From contig JBNAVT010000026.1 in assembly GCA_049700215.1 (NCBI GenBank), forward strand, positions 1 through 28,050: a DNA stretch of 28,050 nucleotides, written 5' to 3'. How positions within the stretch are numbered: the stretch's first letter is position 1; every line of letters begins with the position of its first letter. The notes under the pieces were generated by a model. That model was not told the origin of the DNA, searched no databases, and saw nothing but the letters and a program-made list of their open reading frames with translations. This stretch comes from Thermoproteota archaeon (lineage in GTDB: Archaea > Thermoproteota > EX4484-205 > JAAOZP01). The translations under genes and the position numbers were made by a program. Positions 17,980-26,851 of the stretch are shown here, one piece after another.

Positions 17980-18739
17980 GGTAGATTTCCTCAGGATAAA
18001 TCTGGCACCTCTCACAGTAATACCTGGACTCCTCAGGTTTCCAAACGAGTTTAGAGCCGCAGCTTGGACAGAGAGGCGGGGTTCCCAGGGGAGGAACTCT
18101 TACCCTCCTGGTTTCTCCAGCCCCCGTTCCAACAGGCTTTTCTAAAGCCTGGGGCTTAACGGGCTTAGCTGGGGCGGGAGGAGGCTTAAGGGTTAGGACG
18201 AGATGGGTTAAAACCCCTGATAACACTGCTACTGCAATAATGTTGACTATTGCTCCAGTAATGATCATGAGTGAAAGAGTTGCGACAGCATCATCCACCA
18301 CAACGGATCTTAGAGAGAGATCATATAGGAATGGCTTTAAATCCTTATGCAAAGAGTACACGCCTAGGACGGACACTAGGGCGATGGAGAAAACAGATGC
18401 CTTGACGGCGTCGGATATGGAGTGAGACGTGATGCTTGCGGCAACGCTTATAATAACAATGATCCCTAGACATATTGCGAGCCAAACACCAGAATTGAAA
18501 AACCGTGTGAAAACACTTACGAGACTCTTACCCTGGGTTGCAACAGCCTCAATGCCGAATCCTGAGATAGACATGCCGAGAGCATAAACCCACGGGCTAT
18601 TGTTGAAGCCTGTCAGGCTTATGCTTTCACTCTCGTATTGAATACTGCTTGAGGGAAGCATGGCTATTATGGAGTCGACCAAAAGTACTGGCGAGAGCGC
18701 GATGAGCGTCAACACCATTATCACCAGAATCAGCCTCAA
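17969..18739 (-). CDS. Multi-pass membrane protein with Pro-rich linker and C-terminal Zn ribbon
   Basis: About 4-5 hydrophobic segments, KPPPAPAKPVKP linker and CPSCG..L.W.....RYYCERC. Confidence 0.75.
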   Translation of the reverse strand: MRLILVIMVLTLIALSPVLLVDSIIAMLPSSSIQYESESISLTGFNNSPWVYALGMSISGFGIEAVATQGKSLVSVFTRFFNSGVWLAICLGIIVIISVAASITSHSISDAVKASVFSIALVSVLGVYSLHKDLKPFLYDLSLRSVVVDDAVATLSLMIITGAIVNIIAVAVLSGVLTHLVLTLKPPPAPAKPVKPQALEKPVGTGAGETRRVRVPPLGTPPLCPSCGSKLVWKPEESRYYCERCQIYPEEIYLSI

Positions 18740-18764
18740 TCCTCTTTAACAGCGCCTTGAGCCA

Positions 18765-18977
18765 CTATTTAGACTTTTTCCTTCTATCTTCACTCCCAGC
18801 CTTGACGAAAGCCAGGATGATTGAGAGCACAGCGTCAAGCATGAGAAACAGGAAGGTTAGCCACATAAGATCCCTGACGGAGCTGGTTTCAACAATAGGC
18901 GACAAGTATAGGATCATCACTACGGCGAAAGCCGCGGAGAAAACCGCTAGAAACAAGTAGGAAGGGTTGGGCCACAT
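18765..18977 (-). CDS. Small membrane protein (2 TM)
   Basis: Two hydrophobic helices and a basic tail, tightly spaced in an apparent operon. Confidence 0.65.
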   Translation of the reverse strand: MWPNPSYLFLAVFSAAFAVVMILYLSPIVETSSVRDLMWLTFLFLMLDAVLSIILAFVKAGSEDRRKKSK

Positions 18978-18982
18978 CGGGA

Positions 18983-19309
18983 TCAGCTCGTCAAGTAGCC
19001 GCCTCTACGAAGCTCCTCGCAGAGGCTGCAAACATCCTCTTCAAGCTCCTCCAGCGACAAGCCTTTTTCAAAAAGCTTCTTAGCCATGCTGCTCGCATAC
19101 TCGTTAACCACAGCGTTGCCGAGGTAACGCCTTATTTTAGCACTGCCCTTCCTCCTACCCATGTAGTTGCTTACGGAAGGCTGAGTAACGTTTAACATTT
19201 TAGCCACCTGAACCTGATTAAGATTGTATTTCTCCAGGAGCTGCCTTGATATAAGCATCCTGAGCGCTGGAACCACATACCTAACCATGCGCGCGCAGTA
19301 TATTGTCAT
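18983..19309 (-). CDS. Archaeal HTH transcriptional regulator (COG2522-like, XRE-type HTH)
   Basis: C....RYVVPALR..I...L, NQVQVAKMLNVTQPSVSNYM.RRKG and C-terminal CSLC. Confidence 0.85.
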   Translation of the reverse strand: MTIYCARMVRYVVPALRMLISRQLLEKYNLNQVQVAKMLNVTQPSVSNYMGRRKGSAKIRRYLGNAVVNEYASSMAKKLFEKGLSLEELEEDVCSLCEELRRGGYLTS

Positions 19310-19441
19310 AGCCCTGCAAATACTGCCTATAACCCATTTTTAAACATAACTCGAGAATCAAGCGCTTTTCCACTGAGCGGCAGCTGTTTAAAAAAGCTTT
19401 GGAAAAACTTATTTAACTTGGGAGAGCATTAAAACCAGCGG

Positions 19442-19552
19442 GCCGGGGTGGTCGAATCCGGTTCACGCTTGAAAACGGCTGAGAGGCGGTGGGCTGCAGA
19501 AGACTCTGCCGCGACCCACAGTATGCGGGTTCAAATCCCGCCCCCGGCTCCA
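19442..19552 (+). tRNA. tRNA-Cys(GCA) with two introns (19465-19483 at 21/22; 19500-19513 at 37/38) and encoded CCA
   Basis: Acceptor GCCGGGG/CCCCGGC, discriminator U, CCA. D stem GTC/GGC. Anticodon arm GTGGG-CT GCA GA-CCCAC. T arm GCGGG-TTCAAAT-CCCGC. A15-U48 pair. Both inserts fold into relaxed BHB motifs. Confidence 0.9.
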
Positions 19553-19643
19553 CGTCTCCAATCCGTTTCAAAACATCATCAAGCCCAGTGTCTTCTAAAG
19601 GGTTCGGGATCAGAGAAATAAAAAGTTTGGAGGAGATTCCGGG

Positions 19644-20969
19644 TTAAACTAGGATCTGCGGCGGCTCATAGTCGACAAGCCTACCCTCTAGATGGTCAGC
19701 GTAGCCTTGAAGATCGAGAAGCCCGTGGCCACTCATGTTGAAAAGTATTGTTTTACCCTCACCCTTCTTCTTGCATTCCAAGGCAATATCGATAGCCGCC
19801 TTGATCGCGTGGTTTGTCTCAGGAGCGGGAACAAGCCCTTCATTCTCAGCGAACATTTTGCCAGCCTCGAAAACCTCTCTCTGATGGTAGGCTAGAGACT
19901 TCATGTACCCTTCGTGGATCAGCAGGCTGATTATCGGAGCCTTCCCATGGTATCTAAGGCCGCCTGCGTGTATCGGTGGTGTGAAGAACCTGTGGCCAAC
20001 AGTGTACATTTTAAGCATCGGAGTCATTTCAGCAGTATCTCCAAAGTCATACATGTACTTGCCCTTGGTCGTTGACGGGACAGCCTTGGGTTCAACAGCG
20101 ATAAACTCAGCGTCAAGCCTGCCGGCGAGCTTTTCACGCATGAAGGGGAGCGCTAGCCCAGCGTAGTTTGAGCCTCCCCCTATGCAGCCTATAATGTAGT
20201 CAGGCGTCTCGTCAAGCATCTGAAGCTGCTTAATAGTTTCTTCCCCAACGATGGTCTGGTGGAGCAGCACATGGTTTAGAACACTCCCCAGAGAGTATTT
20301 CATGCCGGTTTTCACAGCTGTCTCTATCGCCTCGCTTATCGCTATTCCGAGGGAGCCGGGATGGTTGGGATCCTGCTCAAGCATCTTCCTGCCGAAATCC
20401 GTTTGGTCGCTTGGAGAAGGATAAACCTCAGCGCCGAAGAGCTGCATGAGAATCTTCCTGTAGGGCTTAGTGAGGTAGCTGCTCCTAGTCATGAAAACCT
20501 TGCACCTCATCTTGAAGAAGGCACATCCCAGCGCTAGGGCTGAGCCCCACTGGCCTGCGCCAGTCTCCGTTGTTAAACCCTTTGTTCCCTCAATCATGTT
20601 GAAATACGCCTGAGCTATAGCTGTGTTAGGCTTATGGCTTCCGACAACGTTAACGTACTCGCACTTAAAGTATATTTTCGCAGGAGTATTAAGATACTTC
20701 TCTAAACGAGTGGCCCTTCTCAGAGGCGTTGGTCTTCCAATGGCGTAGTATGCTTGAATAACATCCTCAGGTATTGGTATGTACCTCTCCCCTGAAACCT
20801 CCTGCCTGATAAGCTCTTTAGGGAAAATCACTTCTAAATCTTGAGGTTTAATAGGTTGCTTAGTAGCGGGGTTAATAGGAGGATCGAGTGGACGCGGAAG
20901 GTCTGGCAGAATGTTATACCATTCTCTAGGCATTTCCTCAGGGTTCAGGTTCACCACTGGTGGCTTCAT
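19644..20969 (-). CDS. trpB2: Tryptophan synthase beta subunit, TrpB2 type
   Basis: [18 protein letters not shown] lysine in [44 protein letters not shown] and SGHGLLD. Confidence 0.95.
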   Translation of the reverse strand: MKPPVVNLNPEEMPREWYNILPDLPRPLDPPINPATKQPIKPQDLEVIFPKELIRQEVSGERYIPIPEDVIQAYYAIGRPTPLRRATRLEKYLNTPAKIYFKCEYVNVVGSHKPNTAIAQAYFNMIEGTKGLTTETGAGQWGSALALGCAFFKMRCKVFMTRSSYLTKPYRKILMQLFGAEVYPSPSDQTDFGRKMLEQDPNHPGSLGIAISEAIETAVKTGMKYSLGSVLNHVLLHQTIVGEETIKQLQMLDETPDYIIGCIGGGSNYAGLALPFMREKLAGRLDAEFIAVEPKAVPSTTKGKYMYDFGDTAEMTPMLKMYTVGHRFFTPPIHAGGLRYHGKAPIISLLIHEGYMKSLAYHQREVFEAGKMFAENEGLVPAPETNHAIKAAIDIALECKKKGEGKTILFNMSGHGLLDLQGYADHLEGRLVDYEPPQILV

Positions 20970-21126
20970 CTTTGAATCGCCTTAGGCCCTTTAAGACAGG
21001 GGTATATATACTATTTTGAGCAAATGCATTCTTGAACTCATTTATACAATGTGTTTCAGAAGTGGGACTGAGACTTGTTAGTGTTAATCAATTTTTAAAT
21101 ACATGCTTCGCACAGGGAAGGACGGA

Positions 21127-21630
21127 ATGTGGAGCAAGGTGTATGAGAAGGTTAAACGGCATCCCGCTAAAGTGAAGGTTGCGAGACTACTTGTTGAAAA
21201 CGGCCTCAGGATAGCTGATGACGGCAGGATATACTGCGGGCCGATAAACGTGCCGGATGCGAAGATTGCTAAAGCAGCTAACGCTGACAGGAGGATAGTC
21301 AGGAACACTGTTGAACTCATTATGAAGGATGAGAAGCTCGGCAACATTTTCAGAGCGATTAAGCCCGCCGGCCCAAATCTTGTGGATGCCGCCCCCTTCC
21401 TCGGCTTCGACGTCATCGAGATCTACGCGGACCCGAATAAGCCGGGGATAGTTGCCGGCGTGAGCACGATAATAGCTGAGCTCGGGATAAGCATAAGGCA
21501 GGTGATAGCTGACGACCCTGAGCTTGTTCCAGAGCCCAAGCTCCAGATCGTTGTCAACGGCAGGATCCCCGGCGAGGTTATTGAGAAAATGAGGAGGATA
21601 CGGGGAGTGAGAAGTGTCACGCTTAAGTGA
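21127..21630 (+). CDS. TrpY-like HTH-ACT amino-acid-sensing regulator (COG2150-type)
   Basis: MW......HPA..KVA..L...G, KIAKAANADRR.V HTH and C-terminal ACT domain (PGIVAGV..IIA..GISIRQ...DPEL). Divergent from trpB2. Confidence 0.8.
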   Translation: MWSKVYEKVKRHPAKVKVARLLVENGLRIADDGRIYCGPINVPDAKIAKAANADRRIVRNTVELIMKDEKLGNIFRAIKPAGPNLVDAAPFLGFDVIEIYADPNKPGIVAGVSTIIAELGISIRQVIADDPELVPEPKLQIVVNGRIPGEVIEKMRRIRGVRSVTLK

Positions 21631-21635
21631 CTCCA

Positions 21636-22274
21636 CTATTTTCTCATAAACTCCTCTACTTTCTCGACAAGTGTTCTGACGGTTTGCGAAACTATTGCCT
21701 CACCCGCCTCAGGACTGGCTTTCGAAGCATCCCCCTCCACACCCATAGAGGGGCCGGCGTACTTAATCCGGTCCTCCTTTACCAGGCTCCTGTCTATATG
21801 GAGAAGCTGAGAAGTAAGATAGGCGCCTCCCGAGCCGGCCTTAGGCTCACCCTCAAGCGCCTGCACATCAGGATATTGCTCCCAGATGTTTAACTGAAGA
21901 AGCTCAACGTTCTTAACGGGATGTTTAGCCAAGAGCTCCTTAAGAACAGGCTCGTTCGACGCGTCCGCGTTTAGAAGAACAACCTTCTTGAGACCCAGCT
22001 TAGAAAGCTCTTCCAGCAGGTTCACTACGAGCGTGTTTAAAACCTCTGGTTTCAAAGATATTAGGCCGCTCCCCACCCCGTATGGAGCCATGTCTATGTG
22101 GAAGACGTAGGGGTGTAGCGACCCAGCTATTTTCGAAGAGTAATAGTTTGCAAGGATTGATGCTGAGCCCGCTGGAAGATGCGGACCCTGGTTTCTAACT
22201 GAGCCGAGTGGCACCAGACCCACGGTGGACTGTCCAAGCCGATACCTGATTTCGTAATACGTGGACTCGAACAT
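21636..22274 (-). CDS. Creatininase/ArfB-family homolog with degenerate metal ligands
   Basis: LVPLGS...GPHLP, YG, GLKKVVLLN, GVEGD...AS.EAG fold motifs are present. The catalytic E/H/D, HGGN and HAG..E residues are substituted. Confidence 0.75.
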   Translation of the reverse strand: MFESTYYEIRYRLGQSTVGLVPLGSVRNQGPHLPAGSASILANYYSSKIAGSLHPYVFHIDMAPYGVGSGLISLKPEVLNTLVVNLLEELSKLGLKKVVLLNADASNEPVLKELLAKHPVKNVELLQLNIWEQYPDVQALEGEPKAGSGGAYLTSQLLHIDRSLVKEDRIKYAGPSMGVEGDASKASPEAGEAIVSQTVRTLVEKVEEFMRK

Positions 22275-22360
22275 GGTTCATCCACCTGAGTCAACATTAT
22301 TTAAATGTAACGCGCACTAATAGCTTCACGTCTACGCCCGCATAAACCGATTTGAAAACA

Positions 22361-23011
22361 CTAATGGTTTAAAACGTGCTTGAGAAAATCCACCAGCTGT
22401 TTCTCCGACCTCATTCCAACCATCTCGTGAGAATCGTTTACGACAAGCTTAGGAACACCTGTAACACCATACTTCTCCGCGAGCTGCGGGAACTCTGTTG
22501 CCTCAATCATCTCCCCGGTTATCATATCGCTTTCGAAAGCCAGTTGGTGAGCGTAGAAAACCATTGTCGGACAGTAGGGGCACGTCGGCGTTACGAAAAC
22601 CTTGATGTTAAGAGGCTCGGAAACCGTCTTGGCAAACTCCCTAGTAGGATCCCTTAGCATTGTCTTCTTATTGCTAACCATCAGAATATCCTTAACGTAC
22701 GTTTCAAACTCGTATCCCGAGGGTATTCCGAAAAACCTTATCCCGTAATCCTTCTCGGGAGACCTTATGATGGTGGCTGGGAAAAGCCTGACACTGTACC
22801 TCTCAACCTCCGCAAAACTGTTTTCAGAAGGATAGTGTTTAACCACAATATCAGGGTTTATGCTTGAAACCTCCTGCGCGATCTGAAGAGTCTCCTTACA
22901 GTATCTGCAGTCACCCTTATCCGTGAAAACCACTATGTCAACCGGATCCTTAAAATCCCTGCTGAATATTCCGCGAAGCGTCTTCCTACTCTTCTCGTCT
23001 AAAAGCGCCAT
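22361..23011 (-). CDS. Protein disulfide oxidoreductase (PDO; two thioredoxin folds)
   Basis: CRYC and CPYC motifs, RFFGIPSGYEF, VFVTPTCPYCP and YGVTGVP. Confidence 0.92.
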   Translation of the reverse strand: MALLDEKSRKTLRGIFSRDFKDPVDIVVFTDKGDCRYCKETLQIAQEVSSINPDIVVKHYPSENSFAEVERYSVRLFPATIIRSPEKDYGIRFFGIPSGYEFETYVKDILMVSNKKTMLRDPTREFAKTVSEPLNIKVFVTPTCPYCPTMVFYAHQLAFESDMITGEMIEATEFPQLAEKYGVTGVPKLVVNDSHEMVGMRSEKQLVDFLKHVLNH

Positions 23012-23049
23012 TTCAACACGGAGACCAGCGTCCCCGCCTATATATCTTT

Positions 23050-24204
23050 TTACCGAACACGCGTGTCCACGCTGGTTGCAGCGTCAAGCCTTTCAGCCAG
23101 AGCCTTAAGGTTCCTCACCGCGTACAGCTTATCCTTCTCACCCATCTTCGCCCTCGACAGAGCGTCCTCCAGCATTCCTATCACACGGTCCATCCTCCTC
23201 CTGTTAACCGGGTACGGGACACCGTCCTTACCGCCGAAGGAGAACGAGAACTTAACCGGGTCCCTCCAGCTCGGGGGCGCGTCGAAGACTATTTGCGCAA
23301 CGAGCGAAAGCGCTCTCACAGTCCCCGGCCCAATCCCCCTGATGCTTAAAAGCTCCTCGTAGCTGCCTGGTTTAAGCTCATAGACTTCGCTGAGCGCTCT
23401 CCAGTTAACGTTCCTCTCTAGGACAACCCTGTAGGCAGGAGGCTCCACGGCCCCCGGGATCCATTTCAAAATCGTTTCTGAAGAAGCCTCCCCCACTGTT
23501 CTCAAGCATCTTCTAAGCCTCTGAGGAGGCTCTTTAACGATGTCTAGGGAAGCATCCCTGTTCTCCCTGCTCTCCCTAGCGGTCAGGTTGAGAACGCTCT
23601 CATGCTTGGAGACACCTATTATTCCTGAGTGCGGCTCCTCGACGAGGCTCGTCAAACCCTCGCTGAGCCAGTGATACCTCCTAGCCCATCTCAGCCTCGT
23701 GTTCATACCCTGCTGGACAACAGCCCAGTTTCCCTCCTTGTCGAACATGAAAACATGGTGGTAAAGCTGGTACCCAGCCTGTATCATGGAGCTGTCGACC
23801 TTTGCACAAATCCTTGAAAGATAGGCGAGCCTTTCAGGGTCAGCGTTAACCCTCCGGCTGCTTACTGTGCCCTCTATCTCGCTCGGCGTCCTGCGTGAAA
23901 CAGCACCCTTGCCCCCGCACGCGTAAACCCCCATGTCCCTTTTTGACAAGACTGTTTTAAGCACTCCAGCCGTAACAGTCGTCGAGCCTGAGCTGTCCCA
24001 ATCATAACCGAGAACGTTTGAGAAGCCTTGGAACCAGAGCGGGTCTGAGACACGCTTTAAAAGCTCTAGCGTGCCGAACTCTAGGACTATGGCTTCAACT
24101 ATAGCGCCCCCTAGGCGAATCATTCTTGAAACCAGCCACTGCGGAGCCCTGCCGCCGTGGAGGCGAAGGTCGAAGAAGCCTTTTCTAGACGACACTCCGA
24201 GCAA
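23050..24204 (-). CDS. DUF763 family protein (contains a helix-hairpin-helix motif)
   Basis: LHGGRAPQWL, SDPLWFQ, DWDSSGSTT, KVD...Q.GYQLYHH, W.VVQQGMN, ARRYHW, LLSIRGIGPGTVRAL and GGKDGVPYPV. Confidence 0.88.
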   Translation of the reverse strand: MLGVSSRKGFFDLRLHGGRAPQWLVSRMIRLGGAIVEAIVLEFGTLELLKRVSDPLWFQGFSNVLGYDWDSSGSTTVTAGVLKTVLSKRDMGVYACGGKGAVSRRTPSEIEGTVSSRRVNADPERLAYLSRICAKVDSSMIQAGYQLYHHVFMFDKEGNWAVVQQGMNTRLRWARRYHWLSEGLTSLVEEPHSGIIGVSKHESVLNLTARESRENRDASLDIVKEPPQRLRRCLRTVGEASSETILKWIPGAVEPPAYRVVLERNVNWRALSEVYELKPGSYEELLSIRGIGPGTVRALSLVAQIVFDAPPSWRDPVKFSFSFGGKDGVPYPVNRRRMDRVIGMLEDALSRAKMGEKDKLYAVRNLKALAERLDAATSVDTRVR

Positions 24205-24261
24205 TAGTCTCCCGCCCCCGCCTAAAAACTTTTTACCCCCTTAAGGCTGTTTAAACCAGTC

Positions 24262-24753
24262 ATGACCAGCGTTAGGGTTGAACACGTTGAGATAAGACCC
24301 CCGGAGGGGGTGCAGCTGATAATAGGCCAGTCCCACTTTATAAAGAGTGTTGAAGACCTTTACGAGGCGGTTGTTTCAAGCATGCCTAGGGTCGAGTTTG
24401 GAGTCGCGTTCTGCGAGTCCAGTGGACCCGCCCTCGTAAGGTACGAGGGCAGTAGCGGGGAGTTGGAGAAACTGGCTGTCGACTATGCTCTCAAGATTTC
24501 AGCCGGCCACGTTTTCGTAGTTGTTTTGAGAAACGCCTACCCGGTTAACGTTTTAAACAGGATTAAAAACGTTGAAGAGGTTGCTAATGTTTTCTGCGCA
24601 ACAGGCAACCCGGTTGACGTCGTCATCGCTGAAACACCGCTTGGGAGAGGAGTGCTCGGCGTGGTTGACGGCGTTAAGACGAAGGGTGTTGAGGGCGACG
24701 AGGAGAAGAAGCACCGGCGTGAATTCCTGAGGAAAATAGGCTATAAGAAGTGA
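24262..24753 (+). CDS. DUF355/COG1839 adenosine-specific kinase-like protein
   Basis: IIGQSHFIKSVEDLYE, FG.AFCESSG, AGH.F, YP.NVLN, FCAT.NP, GRGVLGVVDG and RR.FLR.IGYK. Confidence 0.9.
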   Translation: MTSVRVEHVEIRPPEGVQLIIGQSHFIKSVEDLYEAVVSSMPRVEFGVAFCESSGPALVRYEGSSGELEKLAVDYALKISAGHVFVVVLRNAYPVNVLNRIKNVEEVANVFCATGNPVDVVIAETPLGRGVLGVVDGVKTKGVEGDEEKKHRREFLRKIGYKK

Positions 24754-24759
24754 GGGGAA

Positions 24760-25740
24760 ATGAAGTATGTTATAGGTATTGACGGGGGAGGGACGAAGAC
24801 TCAGGCGGCGCTCCTAAGGCTCAACGGGGAAGTGGCTTCGCACGACGAGACGGGCCCGTCGAACTATCATAATGTGGGGGTGGAGCAGGCGAGAAGAGCA
24901 CTGGAGGAAGCATGCTTAAAAGTAATCCGGAAAGCGGGCGTTGAAGCAAAGGATGTCGGCGTGGTGGTCGCCTCCCTAGCGGGACTCGACTGCAGCCTGG
25001 ATTTTAAAGCTGTGGAGGACGCGGTGGAAGGGTTTCCAATAGGCAGCATTACGCTCGTGCACGACTCTATGGCTGCCCTCTACGCCACTAACGCGGGCAG
25101 GGAGAGCGCGATAATAATAGCTGGAACAGGCTCTGCGACAGCCGGCATAAACAGCAGGGGCGAGTATGCTAGGGCTGGCGGCTGGGGGTATATTCTTGGA
25201 GACGAGGGAAGCGGCTTCTACCTGGCTAAGAGGGGAATCGTGGCAGCACTCATGGAGTATGAGGAGAGGGGTCCGAAAACCATGATAACAAGCCTTTTGC
25301 TGAAAAGGTTCAACGCTAAGACTCCTGACGAAATAATATGGCACGTGTACACGGGCGGGATGAGCATCACGGAGTTCGCCAGGCTGGCTCCCCTTGTGAC
25401 TCAGGCTGCTCTCGACGGTGACAGTGTTGCCGTAAGCATTCTGCGCGACGCCGGAAGGGAGCTTGCAAACACTGTCAGCGGAGTCATAAGGAGGCTTAAA
25501 ATGGAGGGTGACGAGTTCCCAATAGGGTTGATCGGGGGAGTCTTCAAAGCAGGTAGGCTTGTGACGGGGCCTCTGGAGGAGGCTGTGCACAAGGTTGCTC
25601 CGAAAGCCTACCTGTCCTCGCCCAGGTTCCCACCGGTAATAGGCTCATCCCTGATAGCCTTGGAGAAGGCGGGCGTGAAAATAAGCAACGAGGTTCTCGC
25701 CAACACGCAGAGGACTCTTAAGGAGCAGGGCTTACAGTAG
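24760..25740 (+). CDS. BadF/BcrA-type sugar kinase (N-acetylglucosamine kinase-like)
   Basis: GIDGGGTKT, GPSN, LAG.D, HD, IIAGTGS, RAGGWGYILGDEGSG and GGVF. Confidence 0.88.
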   Translation: MKYVIGIDGGGTKTQAALLRLNGEVASHDETGPSNYHNVGVEQARRALEEACLKVIRKAGVEAKDVGVVVASLAGLDCSLDFKAVEDAVEGFPIGSITLVHDSMAALYATNAGRESAIIIAGTGSATAGINSRGEYARAGGWGYILGDEGSGFYLAKRGIVAALMEYEERGPKTMITSLLLKRFNAKTPDEIIWHVYTGGMSITEFARLAPLVTQAALDGDSVAVSILRDAGRELANTVSGVIRRLKMEGDEFPIGLIGGVFKAGRLVTGPLEEAVHKVAPKAYLSSPRFPPVIGSSLIALEKAGVKISNEVLANTQRTLKEQGLQ

Positions 25741-25803
25741 TTTAAAGAGGCCTTTTAAACTCCAATCCTGGGGCAAACGGCTAGCGCTTGCTCTAGAGAA
25801 CCA

Positions 25804-26688
25804 TCATGTTTCCTTAAGCTTAATCTTAGCGAGGCTCGTCAGAATGTCGAACAACGCCTCGTTTATCTCGCTTATCGTCTCACACTCGAGAATATACACG
25901 TCATAAGTCTTATAGTAGTCGAAAAGAGCCCTAGCCTTGTCTGAGAGGCTTGGAACAACGAGCAGCAGCTTCTTATCCGCCTTAACATCCATAGCCTTCA
26001 GAACTATTGAAAGAGCAGACTCGTCGACAGGCCTCCTGCTCACAATAATGTCTATCACCGCGTCAACGCTCTCCGAATCCTCCCTGTAGGACACTGCGAG
26101 CGTGAAAACGTGTTCAACACCCGACTTGCCGATTATTCTCGCCGGGTAGTCAACCCTCCAGCCTTTAGCCCTGAGAGCCTCCACGAGAGGCTTCAGATCC
26201 ATGATCCATTTCTCTATGAGGCTCCTCTTATCCTCGTTAAGCCTGTAGGAATATATTTTCCTAGGCACTCCCTCGCCCTCGTGGAAAACATGCTTCTCAG
26301 CAACGCAGATCAGCCTTCTGCCGAGCAGGCTGCTAACGATGCTTTCAATCACCTTAGACCTTGCTTCTGCTGAGGCTGGCTGTGAATCAGAGAGCTCCAC
26401 GAGAAACCTTGTGTCGCCGCAGTGGGGGCAGGCGAGCACGGTTGTCGAGGCTTCCCTAACCAGTATCCCCTCGTCGGCAAGCGACTCAAGGGTTTCCTTA
26501 ACACTCTTGGTGGACGAGCCCATTATCTTCTCAGCCTCAGGGTAGACGAACTCCCCAGCCTGGTTGAGCTCAGGCTTCAGCTCAGCGAGAACACCGTCGA
26601 ACAATGCTTTAAGCAGTACTTGAACATCGCTCCTGTTTAGGAGCGGCGAGAACGGTGATTCTTCGCCGGGCTTTGCTTCTTCTCCCAT
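25804..26688 (-). CDS. wHTH/Zn-ribbon (TackOD1-like) protein with C-terminal restriction-endonuclease-fold domain
   Basis: YPEAE.I...LESLADEGIL.RE...LACPHCG, then LRAKGWRV..P..IIGKSGVEHVFTLAV and K..DV....KLLLVVP.L. Confidence 0.6.
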   Translation of the reverse strand: MGEEAKPGEESPFSPLLNRSDVQVLLKALFDGVLAELKPELNQAGEFVYPEAEKIMGSSTKSVKETLESLADEGILVREASTTVLACPHCGDTRFLVELSDSQPASAEARSKVIESIVSSLLGRRLICVAEKHVFHEGEGVPRKIYSYRLNEDKRSLIEKWIMDLKPLVEALRAKGWRVDYPARIIGKSGVEHVFTLAVSYREDSESVDAVIDIIVSRRPVDESALSIVLKAMDVKADKKLLLVVPSLSDKARALFDYYKTYDVYILECETISEINEALFDILTSLAKIKLKET

Positions 26689-26851
26689 GCCTTGTTCTTC
26701 CTCTCCTATACTTTCTTTAAAACAGTATAGTTAAATTTTGCTTGCGTAAAAGCATCATGAAAAATCCTTTAAAAACTTGTTTTAAAAGGGTTTAGACCGG
26801 TTTCGCCACGGAGGCTTAAAAGATATATTCTTATCCGAGATTGTTTCAACG

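Noticed and set aside
17260-19640. Integrated element at tRNA-Cys
   Set aside because: No integrase, no duplicated tRNA 3' end and no viral or plasmid hallmark genes were seen.
25741-25760. Near-palindrome TTTAAAGAGGCCTTTTAAA between convergent genes
   Set aside because: AT-rich and imperfect. It may be a terminator region but cannot be supported as a feature.
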